Shown here: piece after piece, positions 62,901 through 64,000 of the stretch
Position numbering within the stretch: position 1 is the first letter of the stretch
How the letters are laid out: every line of letters begins with the position of its first letter
Source of the DNA: Epiperipatus broadwayi
Taxonomy: Eukaryota; Animalia; Onychophora
DNA length: 64,000 bases
Reading direction: 5' to 3'
Assembly: GCA_028023455.1 (NCBI GenBank)
Contig: JAQFVV010000008.1
Span: 10,044,001-10,108,000, forward strand
Program-made: the position numbers and the translations under genes
The notes under the pieces: generated by a model
What the model saw: the letters and a program-made list of their open reading frames with translations, nothing else
Told to the model about the DNA's origin: nothing
Database searches by the model: none

Positions 62901-63299
62901 AAATTTAAGCATTCATATTTTGCTACTGTAGATATAAGTAATCCTTTCTTATTGCTAATTTTCTATCCCATTTTGAGACTTGATAGTCTATTACTTATGA
63001 TAGTTCATCTCTATTTAATTAATTGTAATAATATTCAGACTTAAATTCACATGTTATTTGATTTTATCTCCAGTTTTATTGGTGGTGAATTGAATTATAA
63101 TCTAGATTATTGCCAATTCTTTTCTATAATTGATTAATTTGCTTTTAAATTCATTTTAAAACCAGATCTGAGTATGAAAAACATTTATGTATCAACATAA
63201 CTGCCATTGTTTTATATTTTTATCTCAATATTATATTAAATAATTTAACTAATATTATTTTATTTTTTGTTTTAATATCAATAGTCTAACAACACATCT

Positions 63300-64000
63300 C
63301 TGATAAGATCTTACCACTTAAGATGGAGTTATATGGTAAACTAATATGACCTCAATAAATCTTAATAAAATAAAAAACTTGATAAATATCTTGCCTTTTT
63401 TCATGTTTGTAATGCTTTCTGAACTGTTACAGAGATGTTACATTCAAAGGTTCCATTTTTATGTAATTGTTTTATGCTCTTGCATTTTTGAAATATCTGT
63501 AATATAAATGTTAAATTATTGTCAGAGAATATTGATAGAATCATGTTTAATTACTAAATAATGTATCTAAAATCAATTCTTAAAATGCTAAGATACTCTG
63601 CCAATTTATGCATACACAATCATTAAACTTTTACTAATATAATTCAATAATATTCATGGTTCAAATGTTGAAATTGAGTGTTAATATTGTTATCATCATC
63701 ATAATTTTAATCCATTTTCTACAATCTTAACTTCTCTTCATATCATTACAGAAAACTTTCTTATCATCCATCTTATGTATTATCTCTTTATAGGTCATTT
63801 AAAATATCTTGAGATTCAATTTAAAACTTCAGTTATTCATCTATTGTCATCTCTTCTAGCAACATATCTGAATCTAGTCTTAATAATTTTAATGATATTC
63901 TTGACATCTGTTTGCTTTCTCTCCTAAATAGTTCATTCAATCCAACCTGTTACTCCTAATATACATCTATGCATAAATTGCTTAATAACTTGAAATCTTT
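63300..64000 (-). mobile_element. RTE-type endonuclease relic, running off the window end
   Basis: Minus-strand MIVYA (about 63607-63622, VYAP-like) with a weak SE..W block near 63800. Confidence 0.3.

Overview
This is very AT-rich eukaryotic genomic DNA, roughly 25-30% GC by eye, probably from an invertebrate metazoan (inference only). It holds no intact long protein-coding ORF. The supplied ORFs are chance ORFs, microsatellite artefacts or broken transposon frames. Most of the window is decayed transposons: at least eight RTE-type LINE relics, a CR1/L2/Jockey-type RT relic, two old copies of one Ty3/Gypsy family in opposite orientation, piggyBac and Tc1 relics, several MITE-like foldbacks and two tRNA-Gly(TCC)-derived short SINE-like copies. 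CpG is almost absent except in a few islands (about 10.9-13.2 kb and 61.0-61.3 kb, weaker at 27.7 and 35.8 kb) that look like promoters or first exons of host genes I cannot name. The standout signal is a set of ORF-less palindromic insertions from three unrelated sequence families (A, B, C). Each carries a minimal type-I hammerhead ribozyme motif with a self-complementary stem III. Five insertions share one layout: direct repeat (TSD), a 30-55 bp tail on one side only, two inverted arms with 3' ends pointing outward, then the TSD. This resembles Penelope-like element (PLE) inverted pseudo-LTR insertions. Family A also has a tRNA-derived Pol III head fused upstream of the hammerhead, making it a candidate tRNA-SINE/hammerhead chimera mobilised by PLE machinery. 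All calls were made by eye; no alignment, folding or database search was run.
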